Of a stretch of 64,000 bases of DNA, positions 1 through 11,760 are shown one piece after another. The first letter of the stretch is position 1, and the number at the start of each line of letters is the position of its first letter. The notes below the pieces were generated by a model. It saw only the letters and a program-made list of their open reading frames with translations. It was not told the DNA's origin and made no database searches. The DNA comes from Lama glama (lineage: Eukaryota). Position numbers and translations under genes: made by a program. The DNA lies in the NCBI GenBank assembly GCA_028534125.1, contig CM052837.1, positions 1,798,001 to 1,862,000 of the forward strand, written 5' to 3'.

Positions 1-111
1 CATCTGAGTTGCCGGGATAGGAAATAGCTGTTCAGACATCAACTTGTGGGCATTGCTTATTAAATGAGACGGAAGTTTAATTGGCACTTACGGCCTCAAG
101 ACGACAGTGAA

Positions 112-350
112 TTTTTTTTTATTGAAGTAGAGTCAGCTTACAATGTTGTGTTGATTTCTGGTGTACAGCATAGTGATTCAGTTATATATACATTTTTTTC
201 ATGTTCTTTTTCATTATAGGCCATTACAAGATACTGACTATAGTTCCCTGTGCTATACAGTAGGACCTTGTTGCTTATGTATTTTATATATAGTAGTTAG
301 TATCTGCAAATCCCAAACTCCCAATTTATCCCTTCCCACCCCTTTCCCTT
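112..350 (-). mobile_element. L1 3' end fragment
   Basis: Poly-T followed by L1 3'UTR (tagttccctgtgctatacagtagg). Degenerate 17-bp TSD at 98-114 and 351-367 (3 mismatches). Confidence 0.85.
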
Positions 351-689
351 AAGAAGTCAGTCAATTTATGTGATGAAAATGTTACCTGCCACGTAGCTTT
401 TCATCTGTCTTCTAGTTCAGAAGTGGACCTGCTCTCTGACTTAAGAATTTATGAATAGAGAACCCTACTGAAATTACAAGTAGAATTATTGAAAATTTAC
501 ACGGTATCTCAAAACATTATGTTTCCTTTGATGACTTGAGATGCTGGGGCTTTTAGAGCCAGAAAATGAAAGCATGACGTTTTAGCTTAATTTTAACTCT
601 ACAATTTGCCTCACACAAAAAGGAGCCTTCATTATCCAGGTTTTTTTGTGTTCTTTAAGAGTAAATTATATAGTTAAAAAAGTGAGAAA

Positions 690-965
690 CACACCAACAT
701 GGACTTCACAGACATTACGTTAGGCAAAAGGAATCAAACACAAAGGCTATATTCTGAAGTTAGCAAACAGACAAAACCAGCCCACGCCGATGTAAGCGAG
801 AGTACTTTCAGCCGCTCCTAAGAAAGGACACGAAATAGTCTTCTGAGCACTCAAAATATCCCATATGTTGGTGGTTTCACTGGCACTGATGTGTAAAATT
901 TTATTTATCAAGCTGTATGCTTGATATTTTTGTCCTTTGCTGTATGAGTTATAACTAAAAAATAA
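690..965 (+). mobile_element. Old L1M-type 3' end relic
   Basis: Degenerate acatggacttcacagacattacgttagg... and atcaagctgtatgcttga..., ending in an A-rich tail. Confidence 0.55.
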
Positions 966-993
966 AGTAAAATAATTTTTAAAGAGTTAAGCG

Positions 994-1030
994 AAAACAA
1001 AACAAAACAAAACAAAACAAAACAAAAAAC
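994..1030 (+). repeat. (AAAAC)n microsatellite, ~6-7 units
   Basis: Read directly from the sequence. Confidence 0.95.
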
Positions 1031-1297
1031 ACCTGGACACAATGGCAGCTCAAGGTGACTATTTTGCAAATAATCCGTCTATAATCTGACATTATTCTGT
1101 ACTATTTTAAGGAACTAAGGAAACAAAGAAAGATGATCCACAAATAGTTTGATCAACATTTACGAAACAATTGTTTTAGGTAATTAATAAACCAATTTGT
1201 TTTATAAGAACCTCAGAATGAAGAGGCATAATCTTTACTAAACCTGATTTATTTCTCAGCCATACAGAAAGCAATCTCACTGTCCAAGTTATCTGAT

Positions 1298-1443
1298 TCT
1301 TTTTGAAGTACAGTCAGTTACAATGTGTCAGTTTCTGGTTACAGCACAGTGTCCCAGCCATGCACATACATACGCATATTTGTTTTCATATTCTTATTCA
1401 TTAAAGGTTATTACAAGATATTAAATACAGTTTCCTGTGCTAG
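1298..1443 (-). mobile_element. L1 3' end fragment
   Basis: gaagtacagtcagttacaatgtgtcagtttctgg...tttcctgtgct, flanked by ttctttttga on both sides. Confidence 0.8.
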
Positions 1444-2199
1444 TTCTTTTTGATATTAATGCTTTGGGTCATATAGAATGTTCTATGATATATGTATTTT
1501 CATTACCTTATTGTCCACAATGTCCATATCTCATTACAAATAATTATCCTGTAACATTTGCTTGTACATATTTGCTCTGAAAGTATCTTGTGAGGAACAG
1601 GTTGATTAACATTTTCCCTTGAATATGTTTTCAGATTTTTAAACATTTTTCTGCAAAACATCAACTGTGTTGCTAAAAATGAATCTATTGGTTGTTGTGT
1701 TCTGCTGGCTGTTGGATGGAAAAAAATGTTGACAAATTATTACATTAATCTTGAAGCTGTAACTACTGTAATTTCTTTTGCAGCCATCCATTTGAAAGAA
1801 AAGAAGTATCAAGTCCCCAGATTACCAGTAAGCCAAGAACACTTGTTAACAGGTCCTGTGCACAGAGCATGCTGAACAGTTTTAGTTTATTTTCAGTTGC
1901 ACGCACAATCACTGTTTTCAGTTTATTTATTTTTTTTTTAACTTCTGCCCTAGAGATCTGGCACTAGATAAAGCTCAGACAGACAAGAAAACCAGGAAGT
2001 GACTGATAAAATCACACCATGGAGCCCAGAACTGAGTAAGCAGCTTACTCTCTCTATAGAGATCATAAAAATGCTCGCTCGTGGTCATTTTTGGATGAAC
2101 TCTACCACTTGGCTTGGACGAGCCCCCATCCTCCTAAGCCACAGAGTTGGGCTCCCAGAGGCTGAGGTGACCATGGACCCTCTGCCCCGAGGTCTTTTC

Positions 2200-2645
2200 T
2201 TCTCATGGTTTATGTGCCAGCCCCACTACTCCCCACAGAACCCTCAAACTTTGGTGAATTTCTTCTTCCAGCAACCTGGGCCATATTCTCTCGCTACTGG
2301 AAACATTTTGCTCCGACGTGCAGGCATCCTGGAAAGCTGGGAAGGGACTCCCCTCCAGTGACTGTTGGGTATGGGACTTTGAAATCCCAGCTCCCTCTCT
2401 CAGGTTGGAACAAATTCTGAGGTTCAACTTACCGTCCAGAGCTCCCTGTGGGCCCCAGCTGAAGTCAGCTCCTGCAGGACTTTGCCAACCCCTGCGTCCT
2501 CGCCTGGCATCCTTGCTTCCTCCTCCCGTCTCCCCACGTGTCTCCACGTCCTTAGGGTATCCCCCCAGGAGACCACCTTAATAAACCACTTTCACATAAA
2601 TCTTCATCTTAAGATTGTTTCTGAACGGAGACATGACCTCAAAAC
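2200..2645 (+). mobile_element. ERVL LTR relic (LTR16-like); start approximate
   Basis: 3' portion aataaaccactttcacataaatcttcatcttaagattgtttctg...gacctcaaaac resembles LTR16 ends. Confidence 0.55.
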
Positions 2646-2825
2646 CCTTATTTGTCATCTGCAACTTGGGTTTCACAAATGCTGCATCATTACTGACAGT
2701 GGGAGGGGCCTGGGAGACGCTGGCTCAGCATGACTGCATTATCTCCGTTCTCTTTTCACGCTCACAAAAATTCAGTTCTCACTCCCCGCCCCCAACCCCT
2801 CCCTTTCACACGTTCAGCTGTCAAC

Positions 2826-3075
2826 TTCTTTTTTTTTTTATATATATAATTGAAGTACAGCCAGTTACAATGTGTCAATTTCTGGTGTGCAGCACACTGT
2901 CCCTGTCATGCTTATACATACACATAATCATTTTCATATTTTTTTGATTAATGGTTATTACAAGATAGTGAGCATAGTTCCCTGTGCTAGACAGAAGAAA
3001 CTTGTTTTTGTTTTTTGGATTTTTTAAATCTATTTTTATGCATAGTGGCAAACATCTGCAAATCCCAAACTCTGG
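2826..3075 (-). mobile_element. L1 3' end fragment
   Basis: Poly-T/TA tail plus the same 3'UTR as the copies at 112 and 1298. Confidence 0.85.
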
Positions 3076-4740
3076 GCTATCATCTTGATGTTAGTGCCGA
3101 ATCGCACGCACCTGCACAGTAAATTGCATAGACTCCAAAAAGGCCTTTGGTGCGAAAACGCTGGAACCGTAAACTGCCTACTTTACCTCTGGCGGGTGGG
3201 GCAGAAACACAGATCCTTCCAATCAGGTCTTGCAAGCCCCGGGCCATTACCAAACAGCGTGGCTGGCTGAAATACACGGCAAATCCTCGCTTCCTGTGCA
3301 TTTAAAATATACACAGTAAAGAAGCAAACTAGACCTTGTGCCCCAGTTTTCACTCCGTGTGCATAATTGCGTACGTGATGGTGAAAAATACTTCAACACT
3401 CACTCATAAGGACTGATCCTGGATTCACAGTATTCCTTACGACAGATGACTGGCTGCCAATTTGTGCTTTACTAAGCCCAGGAGATCTTCTTCAACAATC
3501 TTGTTTGCAATTTCTCACATCAAAAGAGAATTGTTATTTTTGTACTTCCTTTTAAAATCCTGGAATAATAGCAGGGGAATAATTGGATGTGTTAGTGTAA
3601 ATAATTCAGGTTCTATTTTTGTCAATATGTTTTAAAATAATCAGCTAATCAAGTAACTGTTAAATCCAGGAGGTTACAGATGTAGCACGCTTAAAGACAG
3701 CACACAGAACCAGGGCCATCCTCCTCAATATATTGCTTTTTCCCTCACAGCTCAAGGATTAAAACAAAACTAGTTAGTTGAGTCATTAACACTACTACAA
3801 ACTACTTTTCTGAAGAGTGAGTTCTTGATCATTCAGGGGACCATTCTTGTTCCCTGTTTCCGACCCCTGGCCATGAATATGGGGTGACAGTGACGTCAAA
3901 GCCTGGGAATGACTGACTCAATAAGTGGCCCCCAGTGCTTGGTCTTGACGGAGCTGGGTCTCCACCCATGGGCTTTGGTTATAGGAATTCAGGAACGGCT
4001 GCCAGATCCCTGCTCTGGATCTCCTCAAGTCCTTCTCCTATGATGTACCTGACTTTTGTGGGGAGGGTGTCTGTGTCTTCTACCAGATTCCCAAATGGGC
4101 TCATGTGCAGAATTTGGCTAAAAGTCCCTGCAATAGAATGTCCTGGTTTTGCTCACCCAGGACACAACCTTGACCACCCGCCTCTAGCCATGTCAGCCTC
4201 AGGGCACCAGGTGAGGGGCACTGATGTTCACCTTGCTGCAAGCCCCTGGAGGCAGCTTGGGACTGCAAAGGCAACCCACATCTAGGCCACCAGAACAGCT
4301 ATGAAACATACACACTGCGCGGTCATGCTTTCTCCATTGTTCTCAGCTGGACCGTAGAAATGATGGCAGAATGCAGAGCAGCAACAAAGAGTTCTAGCAT
4401 CAAGCCAGAGAAAGTTAGGAGCGTAGGTGGCTTGGAACAGAACAGTAGATGTAAGATATAAAAAGTTGTCAGATTCTGGATGAGTTTTGAAGGCAAAGCC
4501 AACAGAGTTTGCCAACGAGTCGATGTGGGGCGTGACAGAAGACAGTCAGTCGGAGGTCGGGCTTGAGTCTGATCGCCTGGTGAAGGGGTTGCCATCAGCA
4601 TGTGGGGAGCGCCGTGACAGGAGCACATCGGGGTGGGGGGATCTGGAGTTCTGTCTTTGATACATTATGTTTGAGATGCCAGTTAGACATCCAAGAGGAG
4701 ACACACGGGAGAGGTTCAGTCTTGACATACACATTTGAGT

Positions 4741-5247
4741 CACTGACTGATGAATGGATAAAAAATGGTGTATGTGTACAATGCGGCATTTATTACTCAG
4801 CATAAGAGGAATGAGATAATGCCATTTGCAGCAACATGGGTAGACCTAGAGAGCATCACATCACGGTAAGTCAGACAGAGAAAGACAATATCATATGATA
4901 TCACTTATATGTGGAATCTAAGGAAAAAAAGATACAAATGAACTTATTCACAAACCGGAAACAGACTCACAGACATAGGAAACAAACTGTGGTTAGCAAA
5001 GGGGGAAGGGGGGAGGGATAATTTAGGGGTTGAAATTAACAGACACACACTACTATATATAAAGTAGATAAACAACAAGGTCCTACTGTAGAGCACAGGG
5101 AACTATATTCAGTACCTTGTAATAGCCTAGAATGGAAAAGAATCTGAAAAAGGACATATATGTGTGTATAACTGAATCGCTTTGCTGTAACAGCTGAAAT
5201 TAACACAACATTGTAAATCAACTACACTTCAATACGATTTTTTTTTA
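4741..5247 (+). mobile_element. 5'-truncated L1 3' end
   Basis: gaatggataaaaaatggtg...gccatttgcagcaacatgg...gtaaatcaactacacttcaat. TSD ATTTGAGT at 4733-4740 and 5248-5255. Confidence 0.9.
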
Positions 5248-5470
5248 ATTTGAGTTGTTACAATATAGTTAATATGGAAAGCCATGAGACTCTTCGAGAT
5301 CACCAAGAAAGAGAAGAAAATAAAAAAATGAAGACATCCAAGCACAGAGCTCTGGGGTCTCCAAGTATAAGGAGTGGAGATGATGCAGAGGAACAAGAGG
5401 ACCTGGGTGAGGAGGAGCGGCCGCTGAGACAGGAGGAGGCCCGGGAGCATGTAGGGTCCTAGGAGCCAAG

Positions 5471-5984
5471 TGCGGTGCAGTGTCATTTTTAAAGATGGCC
5501 CCGGCACTACCTCCCTTTACAACGTGCTGCTAATACCGCTCTATTGGGAGGTGGGGCATGAAACTGTGACTCCCAAGGCTCGATGGTAAAAGGCAAGGTG
5601 ATACAGTTTTAGCCTGGCCCCCTCTCTTGGGATACTTGCAAGGTCCAAGGATGTAAAGAAACTGTCTACTCTACTGGGGATGCTGCAATGCTGGGGAGAC
5701 CACAGACAGAGAGAAACAGAGACAGAGAGACTCCCGAGCACCCCAAGCGCACCAGCCCCTCAGTGTCTTCCCCGCCCGGGCACCAGGCACGTGAGAGAAG
5801 GAACCTCAGCCGATTCCAGCCCTTGGCCGCTGAGGCCCCCCAGCTGATACGGAGTGAAATAGAAACCAGTTGTCCCCACCAAGCCCTGTCCAGTGTGCAG
5901 ATTCCTGAGAAAAATAATTGTGTGCATTGTTGTAAGCTTTTAAATTTCGAGATAATCTGTTACACTGTACTAGCAACGGGAACA
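5471..5984 (+). mobile_element. MaLR solo LTR (MLT1H-like)
   Basis: TG...CA termini, 5-bp TSD CCAAG/TCAAG, MLT1-type motifs (aaagatggcc; tgttgtaagct...tgttacac...gaaca). Confidence 0.75.
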
Positions 5985-6939
5985 TCAAGTGAAGACAGAC
6001 TCTCAAAGAGAAGCAAGTTCTCCCTCATGTCAAAGGCTGCTGTAGGCAAACTAAAAGGATGGCTGAGAACTGATCGCTGGGCTGATCCTTTAAAACGCAC
6101 GGGAAACCTTGAAAGGTGGTGAGCTCAGGGCTGAAATGGAGTGGGTTTAAGAAAGAATTGGGATTGAACTGTAGATGGCGGATAATGACAACTCGTTCAA
6201 GGAGTTTTGCTAAAAAGTGGGTTTGTGAAATGGGGCAGTGGCTGGAGAGAAAAGTGGGGTCGGTGGGGGCTTTGGTGGATATGGGAGCTGAGAGAACATG
6301 TGTGGGTGGGAAGGATCCAGTAGAAAGGGGGAGATGGATGACGAACAGAGGAAGGAGAACACTGCTGGAGCCAGTTCCACAGAGCTAAGAGGGTCTGGCA
6401 TTTGTGTCTCCCTGCACAGGTGGAGCAGACGGCTTAGCTGCAGCATGGACGGTTCACTCACAGTCACAGAAGGGAAGGGCATGGATTCAGGAAAGTGGAT
6501 GAACACAGGATAAACGCAGGTAATTTCTTGCCTGCTTGCCTCCATTTTCTTCGTGGGAGAGTGAGTGGGCTGGGCAGGGCAGGGCGTGGGCTTACCGAGC
6601 GGCATTAGGAACTCACTCGAGGCTCAGAATCATGGATTTAAAGGGATTCCAGTTAGTGTGGGTATGCTCCTGTCCAGCCACATTCGGTGGCCCGGCTGCA
6701 AGCACAAAGTTGGTGGCACACTGGACTTAACCAGGGTTATGGTGTTGCCAAGAGAAAAGAAGGAGGGAAAAGGAGGCTGAGGGTCTGTGCAAGGGAGTGG
6801 TGACACCGACTGGTTGCGGAATTAGACAGGGGAAAGGGGAAAGGAGAGGTGTGTGGGGTTGAGGGGCAGCAAAGGCTCAGTCGGATCCACAGATTGTACG
6901 TCTTCATAGAGTTCAAGGATAGCTTGAGCTCAGAGACCT

Positions 6940-7055
6940 CAATGGTCCCCATTCTGAGGATGAAGACTTCCACTTAGAGAGATGAGATCACCTTGCAAGT
7001 AAAGCAGCAATGGAGTGGCCAAGCTGGGATGCAAACCTAGGCAGTCTCACTCCTA
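6940..7055 (-). mobile_element. MIR
   Basis: cccattctgaggatgaag...gggatgcaaacctaggcagtct core. Confidence 0.6.
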
Positions 7056-7890
7056 TAATGGTGAGAATATTTTCACAACCTGACTTCTGGTTGGAAAGAA
7101 AGGAGAGGGGGAAAAAAAGAGCAATCAGTGTTGATAGTCACCAAGGATCCCAAACACCAGATCTGAAGAAATCGCAGGGAGAGAGCCCTCAATCCTGAAA
7201 GCGTGGCTTTACATCCTGAGTGATAATGTACTGTGTGCTTCTTGAAAGATTTGTGCTTATTTTTCATGGAAATCAGCTTTTAACTGAGTTCTCTTTAGAA
7301 CAGGGCTACAGCAGAAGAGCCTGCAGATGGGTGCAGAAACTAGAACTGGTCATTTCGGTCTATCTTGTGTGACTGGTACATGCATCCTTCCCCACTGAGG
7401 TATTTCCTGCAGCCCAGGGAAGATTTCATCAAAGGAAGCCTGTGTTGGAATTACATCATGATCCCGATTGTTTAAAGCTTCAATTATAGCCAATTAATTA
7501 TAATGAGAGCCAGGGGCTCGCTATTTTGTCCCTTATGAGATATTCTGGCGAATGGTGTCACCACACAGCTATGACAGGATATTTGTAAGAGGAAGTTTTG
7601 TAAGAGGAATTGGACAAGGCCGGCATCACGCCCGCAGCTGTATTTGCAATATCATTTCCTGCTGCTGATTGTCCTGTAATTCTGGTCGTTCAGCAGCTCT
7701 GGCGTTGGCGATGTGTTTATTTCCAGAGGAGGTGGTTTGGGTGGGGAAGGAGAGGGCTAAGACGCTGTTCCTTGTGTGTTTAAAAGGGCAGGTTAGCCTG
7801 AAGGCAATTCTCTTCTCTTTCTTTTTGCTTGCAGAGAGAGAGAAAGAAAACAAAACAAAACATGGGTAAGTTCTATGATTTAGAAGATGA

Positions 7891-7980
7891 GTATATTAAA
7901 ATAATTTGCTGTACACCTGAAACTAATACAACATTGTATATTAACCATACTTCAACTTTAAAAATGGTTAAAAAAATAAT
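7891..7980 (+). mobile_element. Short L1 3' tail
   Basis: ttgctgtacacctgaaactaatacaacattgtatattaaccatacttca followed by A-rich sequence. Confidence 0.7.
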
Positions 7981-8149
7981 TTGAAGAAAATTAGGTCACT
8001 CAAAAGAAAAATAAGATCGTAGGGTAGGAAGAATTTTTTCTACCCATTGCTTGGACCATATTTTTCCCACTTCACCCCACAGCCTGACCCCTAACCCCAC
8101 CCCCACTGGGACTTTTGGGACCTCCCATTATCCAAGGCACAAGAAAAAG

Positions 8150-8320
8150 AACATAAGTTCTGGCTTCAGAAAGACCTGAGTTTTTATCTACTTTCTATCT
8201 ACCAGTGAGCAGCCTTGAGCAGATAAGGCTCCCTGAGCCTCAGTTTTGTTCCCCATAAGGTGGGGATGGTACCGCCTCCTTCGTAGGGCGGTTCCTGAAG
8301 CTTGAGTGAGATAAAGGATG
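8150..8320 (+). mobile_element. MIR
   Basis: ctccctgagcctcagttttgttccccataaggtgggga core. Confidence 0.6.
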
Positions 8321-10319
8321 AAGGCATCTGTATGCTCCCAGCTGGAGCCTCTTGCTGCTGCTCCTCCCCAGCCTGTCCTTTGATTCTCCCCACCCTCTTG
8401 TCCTGACCTTGGTACACAGTGCTTGAAATGTCTCCTCACTCTAGCTGATTTGATCTGCCCTCCCTCCCTCCCTTTCACCCATTCATCTGCCCTTCCTCCC
8501 TTCCTTTTCAGCCCCCAAATTCCAATTCTCCAAAAAAGCTTTTCCAACTGTCCAGAAGATAAAGTTTACCAATCCAGTTTCCTTTAAAATCATGTGCAAA
8601 TTTCCACGACTCACATTACTACCCCCTCACCGTGATGTCAATCACACGTTCATTTATTCATTTGATTTGCAAGGTGGTTCCACATGTCCCTTTTTGTTAA
8701 TGCCTCTCTATGTCGATATCATACCTGAAACTCACATTTTTACAGTGTTTCAGACCTTGTTTCCAGCACGTTTTTTCATACATCATCTCAAGTGAGCTTT
8801 ATAGCACCCTGTGAGGTAAGCAGACAGACAACTATCATCATTTTCTGTGCTTACAAATGTGGAAGCAGGCTGAGCAGAGCGCCGGCCACCCTGCTCGCCC
8901 AGGAAGGCAGTGCTGGTTTCCAGAAGCTTCTTGTTGACCCGCAGCATGCACATGACCTGCACGAGCTGCTGCTACCCTGTCTTACGCTGCCTGGGACGCT
9001 CGTTCCATCAGTGGAATTCTCTGGCTACAGAACCCCGGGCGTGGGCCTCTGTATACTCCAGTCACTTTTTCCAGGCTGCACAAGGATCTGTCTGAGGTTC
9101 CCTTAATGTTGCCTAAATCCCCATTTGTCTTTAATCCAAGGTCCCCTTAAATGCTGAGATAGCTATTAGCTTTGATTTTCGAACACTCTGGGGCCTTCAG
9201 AAGCAATACCTTAATCCTCAAGGGGAGGAGAGAAGGTCCCCAGCAAAGCATTAGGTTTGGGCTTAAAGATTTGGCAGGTATTCGACCAAGCAGGTTCAGC
9301 CATCCCTACTTGTAATTCATAAGCTCAAAGGTATGCTGGTTTTTACTGCAGCAGAACCGGATTATCCCCTATCTCTTAAGCAGCTGCTGAGTATTTAGAT
9401 TAAGTTGACTATTGCTCCTTCTGTCTCAGTCCTTATCCTGCCCGGTCAAAAATCCTAACACTCCCATATTGACAGTATGATAACCCTCTAATTCATATTT
9501 TGATTCCAGGAAAGGCTGTGCTCCAGGGGATGTCGATGGCCTCAGACAGACCCATGGAAACCTGATGGCCTCATTTGTGTTGTGCACAGCCTCATTTCAA
9601 ACTCGAACCCCACCATGAGGCATGTGAGCAAAAGATATAACCACAGCACTGAAAAATACATTCAGTGCCTGAAGCTTTTATTAATAAGCATGCTGGCATT
9701 ACAGCATGTCTCTGATTCCTCTCTGAACCAAGCTCTGACACACAGGTCACTGGCTGTTATCCACTTTCACTCCTGTTTTCTTTTATCTTGACAAATTTTT
9801 ATTATTTTTGTACGTATTTGCAGTTTTGTGTTTTATCTTTTAAGGAAACATTCGATGATTAACCTATTACACGTAAGACTGAATTAAGGTAAATATTGCC
9901 CCTTGGTCCCTTGAGCTAGACTTGAAAGACAATCCTATCTGCATGAAGGAGTCTTTGGAAATGAACTTTCAATTCAGCGGTATATGCTGCATGTTTACTT
10001 TGCAATGAGCAACGGGGGAGGGAAAAAAGATACAAATATGGGCTTGTTTTTGGAGTACATGAGATTTGTCAATAAAAACAGTTATAGAAATATTACACAT
10101 AATTTAAAATAAAACACTAAGTGGAACGTAACCAACAAATAGATGAGATGATCTGGGCTACATCGCAAAGAAAAGAGAATTATCAACATGAACCCAGTCA
10201 CTGAGGAACTGGTGCCCCACGAGGGTGTTCCAGGCACCTTGCCTTCTGGAGTCTCAGTGTATTAGGAGTCCTGCATGTTGGCTAAGGAAAGTACTCATTA
10301 GAGAAGCCGAGAAATTTAT

Positions 10320-10830
10320 TGAGTCTGTTTTGCTTACATATGGCAGGAAAAGCACTCCCAGACTTAGTACCTTAGAAACAACTATCACATCATCTTTCCA
10401 ATTCTGCGGGTTTGCTGGGGCTCAGCTGGGTGGTTCTTCTCCTCCATGTGATATTGGCTGGGATCCTGGTTGATGATGTGGGGGCTGTTCTGAACTGGAT
10501 ATCCACAGTGGAGAACTCACATGGCTGGTGGTTGATGCTGGCTGTTACTGGGGGCTAAGCTGGGCCGGTGCCTTAAGTATCCTGGCTCTCCTCCATGTGG
10601 CTTGGGCTTCTCACAGCATGGCGACCGTGTTCCATGAAGGAAGCGGAAGTTGCGAAGCTTTTTCAGGTTCAGGACAGAAGTCCCAGAACATCACCTGCCA
10701 TTACAGTCCATTGACCGAAGCAGTCACGAAGTCAGCCCAGATGTAAGGAGAGGAGAAATAAATGCCACTTGTCAATGGCAGAGTGACAGGTGCAAAAGGC
10801 CAGGGAAAGAATTTTGTTAGAGACTGTACC
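10320..10830 (-). mobile_element. MaLR LTR (MLT1-type); ends approximate
   Basis: cagacttagtaccttagaaacaac...ggctcagctgggtggttcttct...ctccatgtggcttgggcttctcacagcatggcg. Confidence 0.7.
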
Positions 10831-11439
10831 ACAGAGCTCAAGCCAATGCACAAGATGCACATGGAGGAGCCAAGAGCTTTGCGTTGTGCCTTCCAGAACC
10901 ATCCCTGCTACCCTTATGCCCCCAGCCTCCTGATTTCCTCTTCTTCCCACCTGTCCTTCCCTAGGTGAACTGAAACTATGGCTTCTGAATGCATTTCAAA
11001 CTCAGACGCCTGCGTCTTTCTGGGGACTGGAGTCTTCTGTCACAGACTCGCTGCCCAGGCTTGGCACTAGCTCCTGCACCCAGCCCCACAGAACTATCCT
11101 TGGTGTGACAGGTTCCCTCACAGGCTGTATTTAGGGCCCTGATGCCCAGCTGCCTCTGTGGGGTTTCCTGGACTCTTGGTCCCAACTTACCCCTGTAGAA
11201 TCTCATCTGCTGCCCCCAACACGCTGGATCTAACATCAATAGAACATGGGACTAGAGTGGATAAATGGCCATGAAAGTTCCCAGAGACCTTAACAAGTCA
11301 AATAGGTTTTGATTGAACAGAAGAGGAAAAGTCTCAGCAAAACTGTGCCTTAGGACCAAGCATGGGAAGTTTACAGAACAGAGAGGGTGGAGGAGGCTTG
11401 GCTTGGAACAGGAGAAAGGTGGGGATGGGGTGGGAAAAT

Positions 11440-11760
11440 GAGGGAGTAGGGTCAGATGATGACAGACAGACAAAGAAGTTTAGATCTGATGTGGTAAGAA
11501 ATGGTGAGCCATTGTGCGTTCTGGAGCAGAGGTGTGGCCTGGTGAAGTGATGCTGAAGCAAGATTAGTGCCGTGGAGGAACGTAGGGGAGAGCAGAGGGA
11601 CTGAAATGGAGGCCAGGGGTTGCTGGGTTCCTGGAGAATGAGGGCTAGGATTAAGGGGACTGCGATGGAAATGATGGAAAAAAGATGGCTATGAGTCAAT
11701 TTGAAGGGGGAAGTGTATGGGGCAGTGACTTCTCAGATATGAGAAATTAAAGATCCAAGA
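11440..11760 (-). mobile_element. L2 relic
   Basis: aatggtgagccattg..ttctggagcag and other purine-rich L2-type motifs. Confidence 0.5.

Larger units (their letters stand above)
4380..6350 (-). mobile_element. L2 LINE relic interrupted by an L1 and an MLT1 LTR; ends approximate
   Basis: L2-typical purine-rich motifs (tttgagatgccagttagacatccaag; aagccatgagact..gagatcacc; tcaaggagttttgct) rejoin across both insertions. Confidence 0.7.
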
